A stretch of 64,000 nt of DNA, from positions 25,372 to 89,371 of the forward strand of contig JAPPDJ010000033.1 in assembly GCA_028824555.1 (NCBI GenBank). The letters run 5' to 3'. Shown piece by piece: positions 9,732-19,420 of the stretch. Source of the stretch: Gammaproteobacteria bacterium. GTDB taxonomy: Bacteria; Pseudomonadota; Gammaproteobacteria; Pseudomonadales; Azotimanducaceae. The number at the start of each line of letters is the position of its first letter. Position 1 is the stretch's first letter. The translations under genes were made by a program, and so were the position numbers. The notes beneath the pieces were generated by a model, which was given only the letters and a program-made list of their open reading frames with translations, searched no databases and was not told the origin of the DNA.

Positions 9732-10523
9732 CTATTCGGCCGGGTCGATCGCCTCGCAGAAGGCCTTGTGTGCCGAGGACCGGAGGCCGTCCTCCACCAC
9801 GCCGACGGCAGCGGAGAGATCGCCTGCGAGCAACGCTTGCGTCGCTAGGCGCAAGCCCGGAAAGACATTGCTTTCGATGACACCAGCCTCGTTGACCGGG
9901 AGGGGGACGTAGTCGCCGTCTACTAGCTCCCACCAATCGATCCGCGATTCCTGGGTTTGCCAGACGATGTATTCCTGCACGCCGTTGCGGCGATAGGCGT
10001 TGCGCTTGGCGTGCAGGTCGATGGAGGCGCTGCTTGCCGCCAGCTCTGCGACGAGTTCGGGCGCTCCTTCGAGATAGTCATCTTCGCTGACAGCGGTGCT
10101 GCCGCCGGCTTCCTTCTCGATCAACAGCAGCACATCTGGCTGGGGCTCGTTGTCGAGGTCGAGCCGGACGGTGGCGTTGTCGGCAACTTCCACCCTTGGC
10201 GTTCGCGCCGCATACAGGAACAGCAACCCTTGAAGCGCGGCATGAGGACCCGCATGGGCTTGGAATCGAACCGGCAACGACACGTACACGACTCCTTCGA
10301 CCAGTTCCGCCTTCTTGATTGTTGGACACGCCAGATAGCGTCGTTCGAACTCGCCACGGGACAGGTGGTCGCCGTTCTCAAGCACAGGGATGCACGCATC
10401 CGCGCTTCGCTCAGACCGGCGTCGGAGACGCGATTGGCTTTGTGCAGGTTCCAATCCGTGCACGCGGTATAGACCTTTGCTGCCGCTTGGGTGGATTATG
10501 CCACCGACGTTCTGGAGGCTCAT
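9732..10523 (-). CDS. Uma2 (DUF820) family PD-(D/E)xK endonuclease
   Basis: Motifs PDVLLLIE ... LHAKRNAYRRNGVQEYIVW. Start uncertain: ATG 10523, or further downstream. Confidence 0.7.
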   Translation of the reverse strand: MSLQNVGGIIHPSGSKGLYRVHGLEPAQSQSRLRRRSERSADACIPVLENGDHLSRGEFERRYLACPTIKKAELVEGVVYVSLPVRFQAHAGPHAALQGLLFLYAARTPRVEVADNATVRLDLDNEPQPDVLLLIEKEAGGSTAVSEDDYLEGAPELVAELAASSASIDLHAKRNAYRRNGVQEYIVWQTQESRIDWWELVDGDYVPLPVNEAGVIESNVFPGLRLATQALLAGDLSAAVGVVEDGLRSSAHKAFCEAIDPAE

Positions 10524-11649
10524 GCAAATGCGACGTTCTGGGGTGCGGTTTCCACGGTTGGAGCCCGACTTGCTGCGCGGGCGATTGGCGCCGCCCGATG
10601 GGCCGGTTCGGGTGCTGATCGACACCGATGCGGCCAACGAGATCGACGATCAGTTCGCCCTCGCCTGGGCGCTCCTGTCGCGGGACCGCCTGCGGATCGA
10701 GGCGGTCACCGCCGCGCCCTTCTCGTTCCAGCATCACAGAGCCGGCTTGCTCGCGGCCGAAGCGTGGCTCGACGGGGCGGCCGGACGACACCCAGGGCGG
10801 TCGCAGAGAACGGCGGCGGCGGTAGATGAGAGCCACCTTGCATGGGCACAGCGGCTGCACAGCGAGGGTCGCCGGGCGACGGATGTGGAGTTCGTCTCAC
10901 CCGCCGAGGGGATGGAACGGAGCTACCAGGAGATTCTGCGGGTATTTGACGCGCTGCGGATGGCACGTGCGGGGCGGATCGTGCGCGGCGCAACGGGCTA
11001 TCTCACCTCGCTTGAGGCACCGCCCACGCCGCTGGCCGTCGAGGCCATCATCGACCTCGCCAAGTCGGGCGACTCGCGCGATCCCCTGTATGTCGTCGCA
11101 ATCGGCTGCGTCACCAACGTTGCCGCCGCGCTGCTGCAGGCACCGGAGATCGTGCGGGACGTGGTGCTCGTCTGGACATCTGCCTATCCCTCCTCCGCCC
11201 CGCACTGCAACCGCCCTTCCTTGAACCTGATGCAAGACCCGCTGGCCTCGAGGCTCTTGTTCGATTGCGGTGCGCCACTCGTCTATCTGCCCGGCTTTCA
11301 CGTCGGCGCACAACTCAGAGTCTCGCGCCCGGAGATGGACGCCTTCGTCCGCGGAAGAAGCGCCATCGGCGACTTGCTGCACGACCTCTACACCGACAAT
11401 CCGCTCCACCGGATGTGGGCGTCCCAGCACGACGCGAAACGCACCTGGATCATCTGGGACATCATCACCATCGCATGGCTGCTGAACCCCAACTGGGTGC
11501 CAACCCACCTGACTCGGGCGCCGATCCTGACGGACGAGTTGTTTTGGCGGCAGGACTTGAGCCGCCACATCATGCGCGAAGGCCACGACGTGCAGCGGGA
11601 CGAGATCTTCATGGACCTGTATGACAAGGTGGCGGCAGCGGCGGATTAG
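10522..11649 (+). CDS. Nucleoside hydrolase (IU-NH family)
   Basis: N-terminal aspartate cluster IDTDAANEIDDQFAL. Candidate starts are ATG 10498, 10522 and 10528. Confidence 0.8.
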   Translation: MQMRRSGVRFPRLEPDLLRGRLAPPDGPVRVLIDTDAANEIDDQFALAWALLSRDRLRIEAVTAAPFSFQHHRAGLLAAEAWLDGAAGRHPGRSQRTAAAVDESHLAWAQRLHSEGRRATDVEFVSPAEGMERSYQEILRVFDALRMARAGRIVRGATGYLTSLEAPPTPLAVEAIIDLAKSGDSRDPLYVVAIGCVTNVAAALLQAPEIVRDVVLVWTSAYPSSAPHCNRPSLNLMQDPLASRLLFDCGAPLVYLPGFHVGAQLRVSRPEMDAFVRGRSAIGDLLHDLYTDNPLHRMWASQHDAKRTWIIWDIITIAWLLNPNWVPTHLTRAPILTDELFWRQDLSRHIMREGHDVQRDEIFMDLYDKVAAAAD

Positions 11650-11708
11650 CGACGCGACATGTTCGACGGCGTTGGACGGAAAGGCTCGCCCTTGTTCATG
11701 GCTAGGTT

Positions 11709-12320
11709 CTACGCCAGCCGGGCCTCGATTTCCGCGCACAGGAACTCGGTGTCGAGGTAACCGCCAGCCATCAGTGTCACGTCATCTCCGCGCCCAAAGA
11801 GGAAGCTCGGCAGCGCCCCGGCACCTTGGCGACGGCTGCGGGCAAAGCCCCATTGGGTGCGGGTGGCGACCTCCGCGGAATCCAGGCGCCGCAGGAAGTC
11901 GTCGGCATCGATGCCGAACTCCGCCGCCTCGCTGGCGAGGACGTCACGGTCGTTGATGTTGATGGCCTCAAGGAAGAAGCACTTCTGCAGGCGGTGCAGG
12001 TAGTCGAGCGGCGGTTGGCCCAAGAGGTCGCGGGCCGCTTCCACGGCGCGGCAGGGCAGCAGGCTGTTATAGATGCAGCCCTCGGGAAAGATGTGGCTGA
12101 ACTCCTGCCCGGTCGTGGCGGTCACTTGATGCCAGAGGCCGTCCAGGCGCTTCTGGCCGTACTCGCCAATGGCCTGCGTGGCGTGGGTGTTGATGCCGCC
12201 CAGGATGAGGTCGAAGTCCACCCGGCCGGCAAACGCGGCCATGGCGCTCTCCACATGGCGCGAGGCGGCAAAGCACCAAGAGCACATCGGATCGGTCACC
12301 ACGACCAGACGGGGGTTCAC
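11709..12320 (-). CDS. DsbA/FrnE-like thioredoxin-fold protein
   Basis: CxxC motif in VVVTDPMCSWCF. GTG start at 12320 overlaps the TGA of the SelD fusion (GTGA). Confidence 0.75.
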   Translation of the reverse strand: MNPRLVVVTDPMCSWCFAASRHVESAMAAFAGRVDFDLILGGINTHATQAIGEYGQKRLDGLWHQVTATTGQEFSHIFPEGCIYNSLLPCRAVEAARDLLGQPPLDYLHRLQKCFFLEAININDRDVLASEAAEFGIDADDFLRRLDSAEVATRTQWGFARSRRQGAGALPSFLFGRGDDVTLMAGGYLDTEFLCAEIEARLA

Positions 12321-14563
12321 GCTCGGATCTCCAGTTCGCCGCCTGTCACTTCGCCCACGGCAGAGGCATCGCTATAGCCGGCTTCGCGCAGCGCCGTCAA
12401 GCAGTCGGCGACCTGCTCGGCCGGCAGCGACGCGAGCAATCCGCCAGCGGTCTGGGGGTCGGCAAGCAGTTGAATCAAGGGGGCATTGGGGGCGTACCCG
12501 TAAATGGCGAAGTCCGTCAGCGCTAACTCGTTGCTCGGCTGCAGGGAGCTTGCGATGCCCGCTTCGAGCGAATCGAGGGCACCATCGAGCCTAGGCAGAT
12601 TGACGAGTTCAATGCACGCACCGGTGGCCGATGCTCGCGTCATCTCCGTCAGGTGGCCAGCGAAGCCGAAGCCGGTGATGTCGGTACAGGCAGTGGCGCC
12701 GTGGCGCAGCAGTATCTCGGCCGCCCGCGCATTGGACACATCCATCTGATCGACCGCCGCGAGCAAGTGCCGCGCCCTGGTCTTGCCGCGCATCGCGCCC
12801 GCCAGGAGCGTTCCGGTGCCAAGCGGCTTGGTCAGCACCAATCGTTGGCCTGCCTCCAAGCCGCCCTTCTCCAGCGCCTGCCCACCTAGGTAGCCGTTCA
12901 CGGCAAAGCCAAGGCTGAGCTCGGCACCCTCCGCCGAGTGGCCGCCGACGAGATCGACCCCGTGCTCGGTGAACACGGCCAACGCCCCAGCCATGAGTTG
13001 GTACAGGTCTTCCTCCATCATCGCGTCGGCCATCAACGGCACGGTCACGAGCGCGAGGGCAAAGGCTGGCGTTGCCGCCATGGCGAACAGGTCATTCAAG
13101 GCGTGGTGGGCGCTGATGCGACCGAAGCGGTACGGGTCGTCGATCATGGCGCGGAAGGCGTCGCAGCTAGCCGCCAGCCTTGGCGCCCCACCGGCGGCAG
13201 CGCCAGGCAGGCGGATGATCGCGGCATCGTCGCCGATGCCCCGTTCGGTGGCGGCAGACACAGGCACCGCCAATCGTAGCTGCACGCGCTCCAGGATGTC
13301 GGCACCGAGCTTGGCACCGCAGCCGCCGCAACGCATCTCGTCCGGCACATCCGCCTGCAAGGCGACAGGAAGCGTCGGCAGATCGACGGCCATCTCGGGC
13401 AGATCGTCGAAGCGGTGCATGAAGCGGCGGTCGATCCACTGCTTGGCGCGCCATACCCCCGCGCCGCTGACGCTGCGCCTTCCTCGAACCGCCAACGCCC
13501 GGCCTTCCCCGAGTCCAATGATCGCGAGTGCATGGCGCTGGGCGCGATAGCGACGCAAACGCCGCCCGTCGGCCCGGCGGCGCAGGTTCTCCGCCAGCAC
13601 CGGGCCTTCGCGCACCGCATAGACCCCCGATTTGGGCCGCGGCTGCCCGTCGAGACTGGCGACATCGCCAGCCGCAAACACGTCCGGATGCGAGACCGAC
13701 TGCAAGTGCTCGTTGACCCGCACGAATCCCGACTCGTCGCAGGCAAGGCCCGTTGCGGCCGGCCATGACGGCGCGTCCACCCCGGTCACCCACAGAACGT
13801 GATCGACCGCAAGCTGGCGACCGTCCTCGGCGCGCACGACTCCAGCGTCGGCCGCCACAGCGCGAAAGCCCACTTCGACCTCGGCCCCGGCCCTCGCCAA
13901 GCTCGCCGCCAACGTTCGCCGTGCCCGGCGTGGGTAGTTCGGCAGCAAGTCCGGCTCGTCCGTGAGCAGCGTGAGCCCGATGTTGGGGTGTTGACCGGCA
14001 ATCGCCAGCGCAAGTTCCACGGCCCCCGCTCCGCCGCCCACCAGGGCGATGTGCTTAGGCTCCGCTCGGAGCAATCTCCGCCAGCGGGGCAGGAAAGAGC
14101 CGATGGGCTTCACAGGCGAGACGAACTCGGACGCTATGCCTTCCCCCGGCACGCCGCCTGTGTTCAGCGACGCCACGTCGTAGCGAATCGAGGGACGCCC
14201 CGCGAAGTGCAGGCGCCGCTGGTCGAGGTCGATGCCGGTGACCTCTGCCGCGACGAAGCGAGCGCCACCGAACGCCGACAGGCGGGCAAGGTCGATGTGG
14301 ATGTCATCGAAGTCGTAAATGCCGGCAACATGGCCCGGCAGCATCCCCGAATAGGGGGTGTGCGGTTCACGGGCAACAATGGTCAGGCGCAAGCCCGGCG
14401 GCGGCTTCATGCCGAACGACTTCACCACCTGCACGTGGGCATGACCACCCCCGACCAGCACAATGTCGCGCAGCGGCGGGGCGAAGGCGGCAGCGCGACG
14501 CACGGCTAAATGCCTACTTGCCGGCCGCGCGGTTTGCCCGACTGGACGCTGCCTAGCCCGCAT
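12317..14563 (-). CDS. selD: Bifunctional FAD-dependent pyridine nucleotide-disulfide oxidoreductase / selenide,water dikinase (SelD fusion)
   Basis: N-terminal VLVGGGHAHVQVV Rossmann and NDH-2-like domain. C-terminal SelD with MRCGGCGAKLG (Cys-type active site) and an AIR-synthase-like fold. Confidence 0.85.
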   Translation of the reverse strand: MRARQRPVGQTARPASRHLAVRRAAAFAPPLRDIVLVGGGHAHVQVVKSFGMKPPPGLRLTIVAREPHTPYSGMLPGHVAGIYDFDDIHIDLARLSAFGGARFVAAEVTGIDLDQRRLHFAGRPSIRYDVASLNTGGVPGEGIASEFVSPVKPIGSFLPRWRRLLRAEPKHIALVGGGAGAVELALAIAGQHPNIGLTLLTDEPDLLPNYPRRARRTLAASLARAGAEVEVGFRAVAADAGVVRAEDGRQLAVDHVLWVTGVDAPSWPAATGLACDESGFVRVNEHLQSVSHPDVFAAGDVASLDGQPRPKSGVYAVREGPVLAENLRRRADGRRLRRYRAQRHALAIIGLGEGRALAVRGRRSVSGAGVWRAKQWIDRRFMHRFDDLPEMAVDLPTLPVALQADVPDEMRCGGCGAKLGADILERVQLRLAVPVSAATERGIGDDAAIIRLPGAAAGGAPRLAASCDAFRAMIDDPYRFGRISAHHALNDLFAMAATPAFALALVTVPLMADAMMEEDLYQLMAGALAVFTEHGVDLVGGHSAEGAELSLGFAVNGYLGGQALEKGGLEAGQRLVLTKPLGTGTLLAGAMRGKTRARHLLAAVDQMDVSNARAAEILLRHGATACTDITGFGFAGHLTEMTRASATGACIELVNLPRLDGALDSLEAGIASSLQPSNELALTDFAIYGYAPNAPLIQLLADPQTAGGLLASLPAEQVADCLTALREAGYSDASAVGEVTGGELEIRA

Positions 14564-14733
14564 TTCTCACCAGCCCACGTAGCGAGGGCGACGAGGCGCC
14601 GCTGTGGCTGCGGGCGCGGAGCGGAAGACGGCGAAGGCATAGCTGGGCACTATGTCGAGCCGGCTGGAGTGAGCACGCGCAGCCACAGCGAGTGCATCGT
14701 CGTCCGCAGTAGAGGGCTGGTGGGAAATGCGGG

Positions 14734-16701
14734 CTAGTCGCCGCCGGCGGCAGCCACGTCGTTGCCGTCCGCAGCTTGCTGGCGGGCCTGTCGCGAGGCG
14801 TGCAGTTCCGGCGCCGTCAAGGCGCGGTCGCCATCGGCGTCGCCGTGCTCGAAGTCCTTCGCCATGCGGCGCTTCAAGGGCGCCGGCAGCTCGTCCCATT
14901 CGGCGCGGCCATCCATGTCTCGATCCAGATAGCCGATCGTCTGGTAGGCGTCGATGAGGCGGCCGTCGTGGATGGGACGATCGGTGGTCTCATCCACCCA
15001 CACGAACGAAAACGCGCCATAGAGCATCTCGTCCCAGGACTGCAGCCCCCAGCGCACCAGCTTCGATGGGTCCGGATTGCCGAGGTTCTGCGCCGAGTTG
15101 TCATACACCGTCGTGTGCACCAGGCGCGAGCCCGCGGGCACCGGCCTCGGCTCTACGAAGGCGTAGCCACGCTGCCAGTTGAAGTCGTAGTTCGGCACGT
15201 TGAGCAGCAATTCCTCGCGGCCGTCCGGATAGACAAGGGAGAACGTCGAACTGTGACCGCGATAGTGCGAGTGGGGCAGCACGTCATAGAGCAGCGCGTC
15301 GGCCGGGAACTCCAGATAGGCACGCTGCTCGTGCCGCTTGGCGTTCGGCGGAATGGCAATGGTTGGGTTCATCACCACGCCTTGGCGGAAGAACGCGTTC
15401 GGCTTTTCGTCGTGTAGGTAAAAGCCGATACGAGTCACATCGGTCACCGCCTTGCCATACGGCGTGTAGTGCATCTGGGCGAGGAAGTGGTCGTCCTTGG
15501 GCAGGAGCATTCCCGTGCCTTGCGGCAATTCAACCGGACGAACGCCAGGCGCGTAGCCGCCGAGGTAGTCGTCAAACACGCCGCCACGTCGGTTGGAGTC
15601 GCCGTCGATCAATCCCACCAGAACGTGGTGAACCACCTCTGTGCTGCCGGGCAGTACGTCCATCGCCCGCACCCATACGTCATGGTCCAAGGGATTCGCC
15701 ACCGTCGGGAACTGGTAGTCGACAACACCGCTGGCGGGGACGTCGTAGGCGGGCAGCTCGATCACGAGGTCTGGCTCGCCGAGCGGCCACTCCGAAACCG
15801 GTGCGACGGCGATTCCGGGCAGCGGATCTTCGCCCTCGCCCCGAGGAGCACCGGCTTCGATCCAGTGGACGAGGGTGGTGCGCTCCCCGTTCGAGATGCC
15901 GGCATCGTCGCGCCATTCGCCAACATGCGGGTCCGCGTGCCAGGGCGGCATCCTCTTCGTGCGCAGCACCTCCCGCATCATCGGCGCGAACCCTCGCACC
16001 ATCTCGTAGCTGGTCATCGCCCATGGCCCGATGCCCTCCGGACGATGGCAACCTACGCAGTTCTGTTCGAGGATGGGGACGATGGTCTCGGCGTAGGAAA
16101 TCTGCTCGTGCGCCGGATTGTCGCGTTCAGGGAAGTTGATGAGGCAGCCGACGGTGTCTTGCTGTGCCACTTGCGGCTGCGTACCGGCCAGCAACGCATC
16201 GATGGCATCTGCCAGATAGTGCTCTTTCGCCTCGGCAAGCTGGCGCTCGTAGCTGAGGCGGTCGTTGATCGGGCCGCGATAGGCGAGTTCCCAGCCATCT
16301 GGGTCGATCAGAAGCGCCTCGGCAGTGCGGGTGAGCCCCAAGCCCTCACCGACAAGCTGCGTTTCGTCGATGAGGATGGGCAGGTCGATGCCCCACTCCT
16401 CCGCTTCGGCGCGCACCGACTCGCGGGTGTCCTGTAGATTGGAGTTGAGCATCAGGAACACGACGCCTTCGCCGGCATAGCGTTCGCGCACTTCCCTGAG
16501 GTCCGGCAAGGCGTTCCGCACCACCGGACAGCCATTGCCCTGCACGAGGAGAACCACCGCCGCTGCATCCGAGTGGTAATGCAACTCGTGCGCCTCGCCA
16601 CGGTGGTCCAGCAGCATGAAATTGTCCACCGAAGCACCCCAGACGGAGCCGCTCCAAGCGAGGACGAAGACGAACCCAAGACAACGCCGGCGCATGGCCA
16701 C
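14734..16701 (-). CDS. Secreted multidomain protein: redoxin-like + c-type heme site + PHM/DBH-like copper monooxygenase + EF-hand-like tail
   Basis: Signal peptide MAMRRRCLGFVFVLAWSGSVWGA. CVGCH heme-c motif. VVHHVLV, MHY, HSHYRGH and WDEMLYG resemble the CuH/CuM sites. DRDMDGRAEWDE and DADGDRALTAPE are Ca-loop-like. Confidence 0.7.
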   Translation of the reverse strand: MAMRRRCLGFVFVLAWSGSVWGASVDNFMLLDHRGEAHELHYHSDAAAVVLLVQGNGCPVVRNALPDLREVRERYAGEGVVFLMLNSNLQDTRESVRAEAEEWGIDLPILIDETQLVGEGLGLTRTAEALLIDPDGWELAYRGPINDRLSYERQLAEAKEHYLADAIDALLAGTQPQVAQQDTVGCLINFPERDNPAHEQISYAETIVPILEQNCVGCHRPEGIGPWAMTSYEMVRGFAPMMREVLRTKRMPPWHADPHVGEWRDDAGISNGERTTLVHWIEAGAPRGEGEDPLPGIAVAPVSEWPLGEPDLVIELPAYDVPASGVVDYQFPTVANPLDHDVWVRAMDVLPGSTEVVHHVLVGLIDGDSNRRGGVFDDYLGGYAPGVRPVELPQGTGMLLPKDDHFLAQMHYTPYGKAVTDVTRIGFYLHDEKPNAFFRQGVVMNPTIAIPPNAKRHEQRAYLEFPADALLYDVLPHSHYRGHSSTFSLVYPDGREELLLNVPNYDFNWQRGYAFVEPRPVPAGSRLVHTTVYDNSAQNLGNPDPSKLVRWGLQSWDEMLYGAFSFVWVDETTDRPIHDGRLIDAYQTIGYLDRDMDGRAEWDELPAPLKRRMAKDFEHGDADGDRALTAPELHASRQARQQAADGNDVAAAGGD

Positions 16702-16791
16702 GGCTCCAAGCTTGTGTGACGGCGAGTATAAGGCGACGGGCTTGTCGGGAGCGCGAGGCCGAGGCCTCAGCGCACGAACGCGAAGGCGGCC

Positions 16792-17973
16792 TCAGGCGCC
16801 GGCCAAGCGTCGCCCGGGGCGAACGGCCGCGAGGGTTGCGAGGGCCATGGCGATGGGCAGGGCAGCGGCCAGCAGCACGCCGTTCCAGCCGGCGAAATGC
16901 ATCACCGCCCCGGCGCCCAACGACCCGCAGGCGGAGACTCCGAACACGCTGAATTCATTCACCGCCTGGGCGCGAAAGCGTTCCGACGGGCGGTGCGAAT
17001 GACCGAGCAGCGCCGTGCCGCCGATGTACAGGAAGTTCCAGCCGACGCCGAGGGCGATCATGGCCGCCGCGTAGTGCATGACCTCGCGGCCAAGGAACCC
17101 GGCGAGCAAAGTGAGCGCGAGCACCAAGGCGCCGATTGCCATGATCCGCCCTATGCCGAGCCGACCAATGAGGTAGCCGGTAACCAGCGAGGGCAGGTAC
17201 ATGGCCAGGACATGCGCCTGTATCACCGCGGCCGTGGCAGTCATCGAATGCCCGTCCACGACATGCATGCTGAGCGGGGCAGCGGTCATCACGAACGTCA
17301 TCACGCCGAATCCGGCAACGCCGCCAAGCACGGCGACGAGGAACAGTGGCTGGCGCACCACCACCCCAAGCGGGCGCGGAGCCTCTGCCGCTGCGTCATC
17401 GGCCAAGTCACGCGAGGAGAGGCGACTGAGCACCCCAGCCACCACGACATAGCTCGCCGCGACCACGAGGAACGCGCCGCCGAAGGGAATGCCTTCGATC
17501 CAGTGTTCGCCCTGAGCGGCCAGTGCCGGCCCAACGATAGCGCCGCCGAGAGACCCCACCAACACCAACGAAATGGCCTGACTCTCGCGCCCTTCCGGCG
17601 CGTTTTCCATCGCCGCGAAGCGATACTGCAGCGCAAATGCATTCGCCGCGCCCACGAGCGCCACCGCCACGCAGAACAGGCCAAAGCTCGCGAGTCCCGT
17701 CGCCGCTATCGCCAGCAGATAGCCAAGGCAACCGATCAGCGCACCCACCGCGAACCCCCGCGGTCGCCCAATGCGCGACATCAACCAGGCGGCGCCGACG
17801 GTGGTGGCCGCTGTGCCGACGATGTGCACCGACAGCGGCAAGGTCGCCAGCGCCGGTGTCGGCGCAAGCCGCTGGCCGACGATCCCGCCCAGCGTCACCA
17901 TCGCCACGGTGCCACTCACGCCGACAAGCTGGGCGCCCATGAGCATGGCGAGGTTGCGGTTGAGCAGGCTCAT
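16792..17973 (-). CDS. MFS transporter
   Basis: ATG 17973 (MSLLNRNLAMLMGAQL...). About 12 hydrophobic segments. The upstream part of the track ORF is shadow. Confidence 0.85.
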   Translation of the reverse strand: MSLLNRNLAMLMGAQLVGVSGTVAMVTLGGIVGQRLAPTPALATLPLSVHIVGTAATTVGAAWLMSRIGRPRGFAVGALIGCLGYLLAIAATGLASFGLFCVAVALVGAANAFALQYRFAAMENAPEGRESQAISLVLVGSLGGAIVGPALAAQGEHWIEGIPFGGAFLVVAASYVVVAGVLSRLSSRDLADDAAAEAPRPLGVVVRQPLFLVAVLGGVAGFGVMTFVMTAAPLSMHVVDGHSMTATAAVIQAHVLAMYLPSLVTGYLIGRLGIGRIMAIGALVLALTLLAGFLGREVMHYAAAMIALGVGWNFLYIGGTALLGHSHRPSERFRAQAVNEFSVFGVSACGSLGAGAVMHFAGWNGVLLAAALPIAMALATLAAVRPGRRLAGA

Positions 17974-18040
17974 GGCGCGGGCCGTCCGCCAGAGAGCCGA
18001 GCAGGTCGTGACGCGACCCTGCGGACGTTCACGGGCAAGC

Positions 18041-19381
18041 TCACGGCACCGGCGCGACCTTCGGTCGCGTTGGGAGTTTCGCTGACGCGAAACTCCTGCG
18101 GCGCAAGCTCCTGTCGCGCTCTGCAAGTGCGTCGGCAGGCGAAGCAACCAATGGTTCCGCGCGCAGGCGGTCGAGGTTGACGCCGCCGCTCGATACCTCG
18201 GCGGCTCTGCCCGGCGCATTGCCAATGTCGCAGGCGCGTTGCACGACGCCGGCGCCAAAGCGATCGATCAGCCCGTCGATAGTCGTCTCCAGCCGCCGCG
18301 CGGCACCGTCCTCGAAGAGGTCCAGTTGTCGAGGATAGCGCCTCCATTCGAGGTCATAGGCCGCAAGGCCCACCAGGCGGAACGGCCCCGGGTGGTCGAA
18401 CTCGTCGAGCAGGTTTCTCGCGGCAGCGAAGTACTCAGCGGACGTGTCGCCCGGTCGGGGCAGGCGACATTGTCGGGTGAGGAGCTCAAACCGATGGGTC
18501 TTCAGACGCACGCGAATCCCTCGCGAGACGTGGTTCTTCGCCCGAACCCGGCGTGCGACCCGATCTGCGGCGCTACGCAGGTGCATCTCGATGTCGTGCC
18601 GCGCGGACACGTCGTGGCTGAGAGTGCGGTCTGAACCGACGCTGGCGGCTCGGCGACGGTGGTCGACGCGGCGCGGGTCACGGGCATGTGCAAGTTCATG
18701 GAAATGCGCCCCAGCGGAGCCAAGCTGATGCGCAAGCAACGCCGGATCAGCTGCGGCAATGTCGCCAATGGTGCGGTAGCCCAAGGCCTCAAGCCGCGGC
18801 ACCGTCTTGCTTCCTGCGCCCCACAGTCGTGACACGGGCAGCGGTGCGAGCCAGCGCCGCGCCGTCTGTGGCGGCACCACCAGCAGGCCATCCGGCTTGC
18901 CGCATGCGCTCGCAACCTTGGCGACGTACTTGGTCGCGGACACGCCCACCGACACGGCAAGGCCCGTTGCCTCCCGGACGGCTTCCTTGATGCGCCTGGC
19001 CATGGTCTGCGGGGGCCCAAACAGCCGCTCGGCACCGGACATGTCGAGAAACGCCTCGTCAAGCGAAATCGGCTCCACGACGGGCGAGAAGTCGGCGAAC
19101 ACGTCCATGACCCGCCGGGAAATCTCCTCGTAGCGGCCAAACCGTGGCTCCACCATCACCGCGTGAGGGCATCGCCGCCGCGCCTCGGCCACCGGCATGG
19201 CGCTGCCCACCCCATAGGGCCGCGCCTCGTAACTCGCCGTGAGCACGACGCCGCGCCAACTGCGAGGCCCCACAAGCACGGGGCGTCCCCGCAAGGAGGG
19301 ATCGTCAAGTTGCTCCACCGCGGCGTAGAACGCATCCATGTCGGCGTGCGCAACCACCCGCGGCCACGTCGGCGTCTTCAT
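18041..19381 (-). CDS. dinB: DNA polymerase IV
   Basis: HADMDAFYAAVEQ, SLDEAFLD, and clamp-binding-like QLDLF. The tail after the usual end is about 55 aa long. Confidence 0.9.
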   Translation of the reverse strand: MKTPTWPRVVAHADMDAFYAAVEQLDDPSLRGRPVLVGPRSWRGVVLTASYEARPYGVGSAMPVAEARRRCPHAVMVEPRFGRYEEISRRVMDVFADFSPVVEPISLDEAFLDMSGAERLFGPPQTMARRIKEAVREATGLAVSVGVSATKYVAKVASACGKPDGLLVVPPQTARRWLAPLPVSRLWGAGSKTVPRLEALGYRTIGDIAAADPALLAHQLGSAGAHFHELAHARDPRRVDHRRRAASVGSDRTLSHDVSARHDIEMHLRSAADRVARRVRAKNHVSRGIRVRLKTHRFELLTRQCRLPRPGDTSAEYFAAARNLLDEFDHPGPFRLVGLAAYDLEWRRYPRQLDLFEDGAARRLETTIDGLIDRFGAGVVQRACDIGNAPGRAAEVSSGGVNLDRLRAEPLVASPADALAERDRSLRRRSFASAKLPTRPKVAPVP

Positions 19382-19399
19382 GCTTGGAGCATATCCAAA

Positions 19400-19419
19400 T
19401 ACTGTGCAGAATTACACTA
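19400..19419 (-). promoter_or_regulatory. LexA (SOS) box-like operator upstream of dinB
   Basis: TACTGTGCAGAATTACACTA is CTGT-N8-ACAC, one mismatch from the gammaproteobacterial CTGT-N8-ACAG. It lies 19-38 nt upstream of the dinB ATG. Confidence 0.5.
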
Positions 19420-19420
19420 T

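Noticed and set aside
10498-10523. Divergent overlap of the Uma2 nuclease and nucleoside hydrolase starts
   Set aside because: The overlap depends entirely on which of several candidate start codons is used. It is most likely an annotation artefact rather than real overlapping genes.
12317-14563. Selenocysteine (UGA) recoding in selD or neighbours
   Set aside because: The SelD active-site position is Cys (CGGCGAK). I saw no in-frame TGA interrupting otherwise continuous homology in neighbouring genes.
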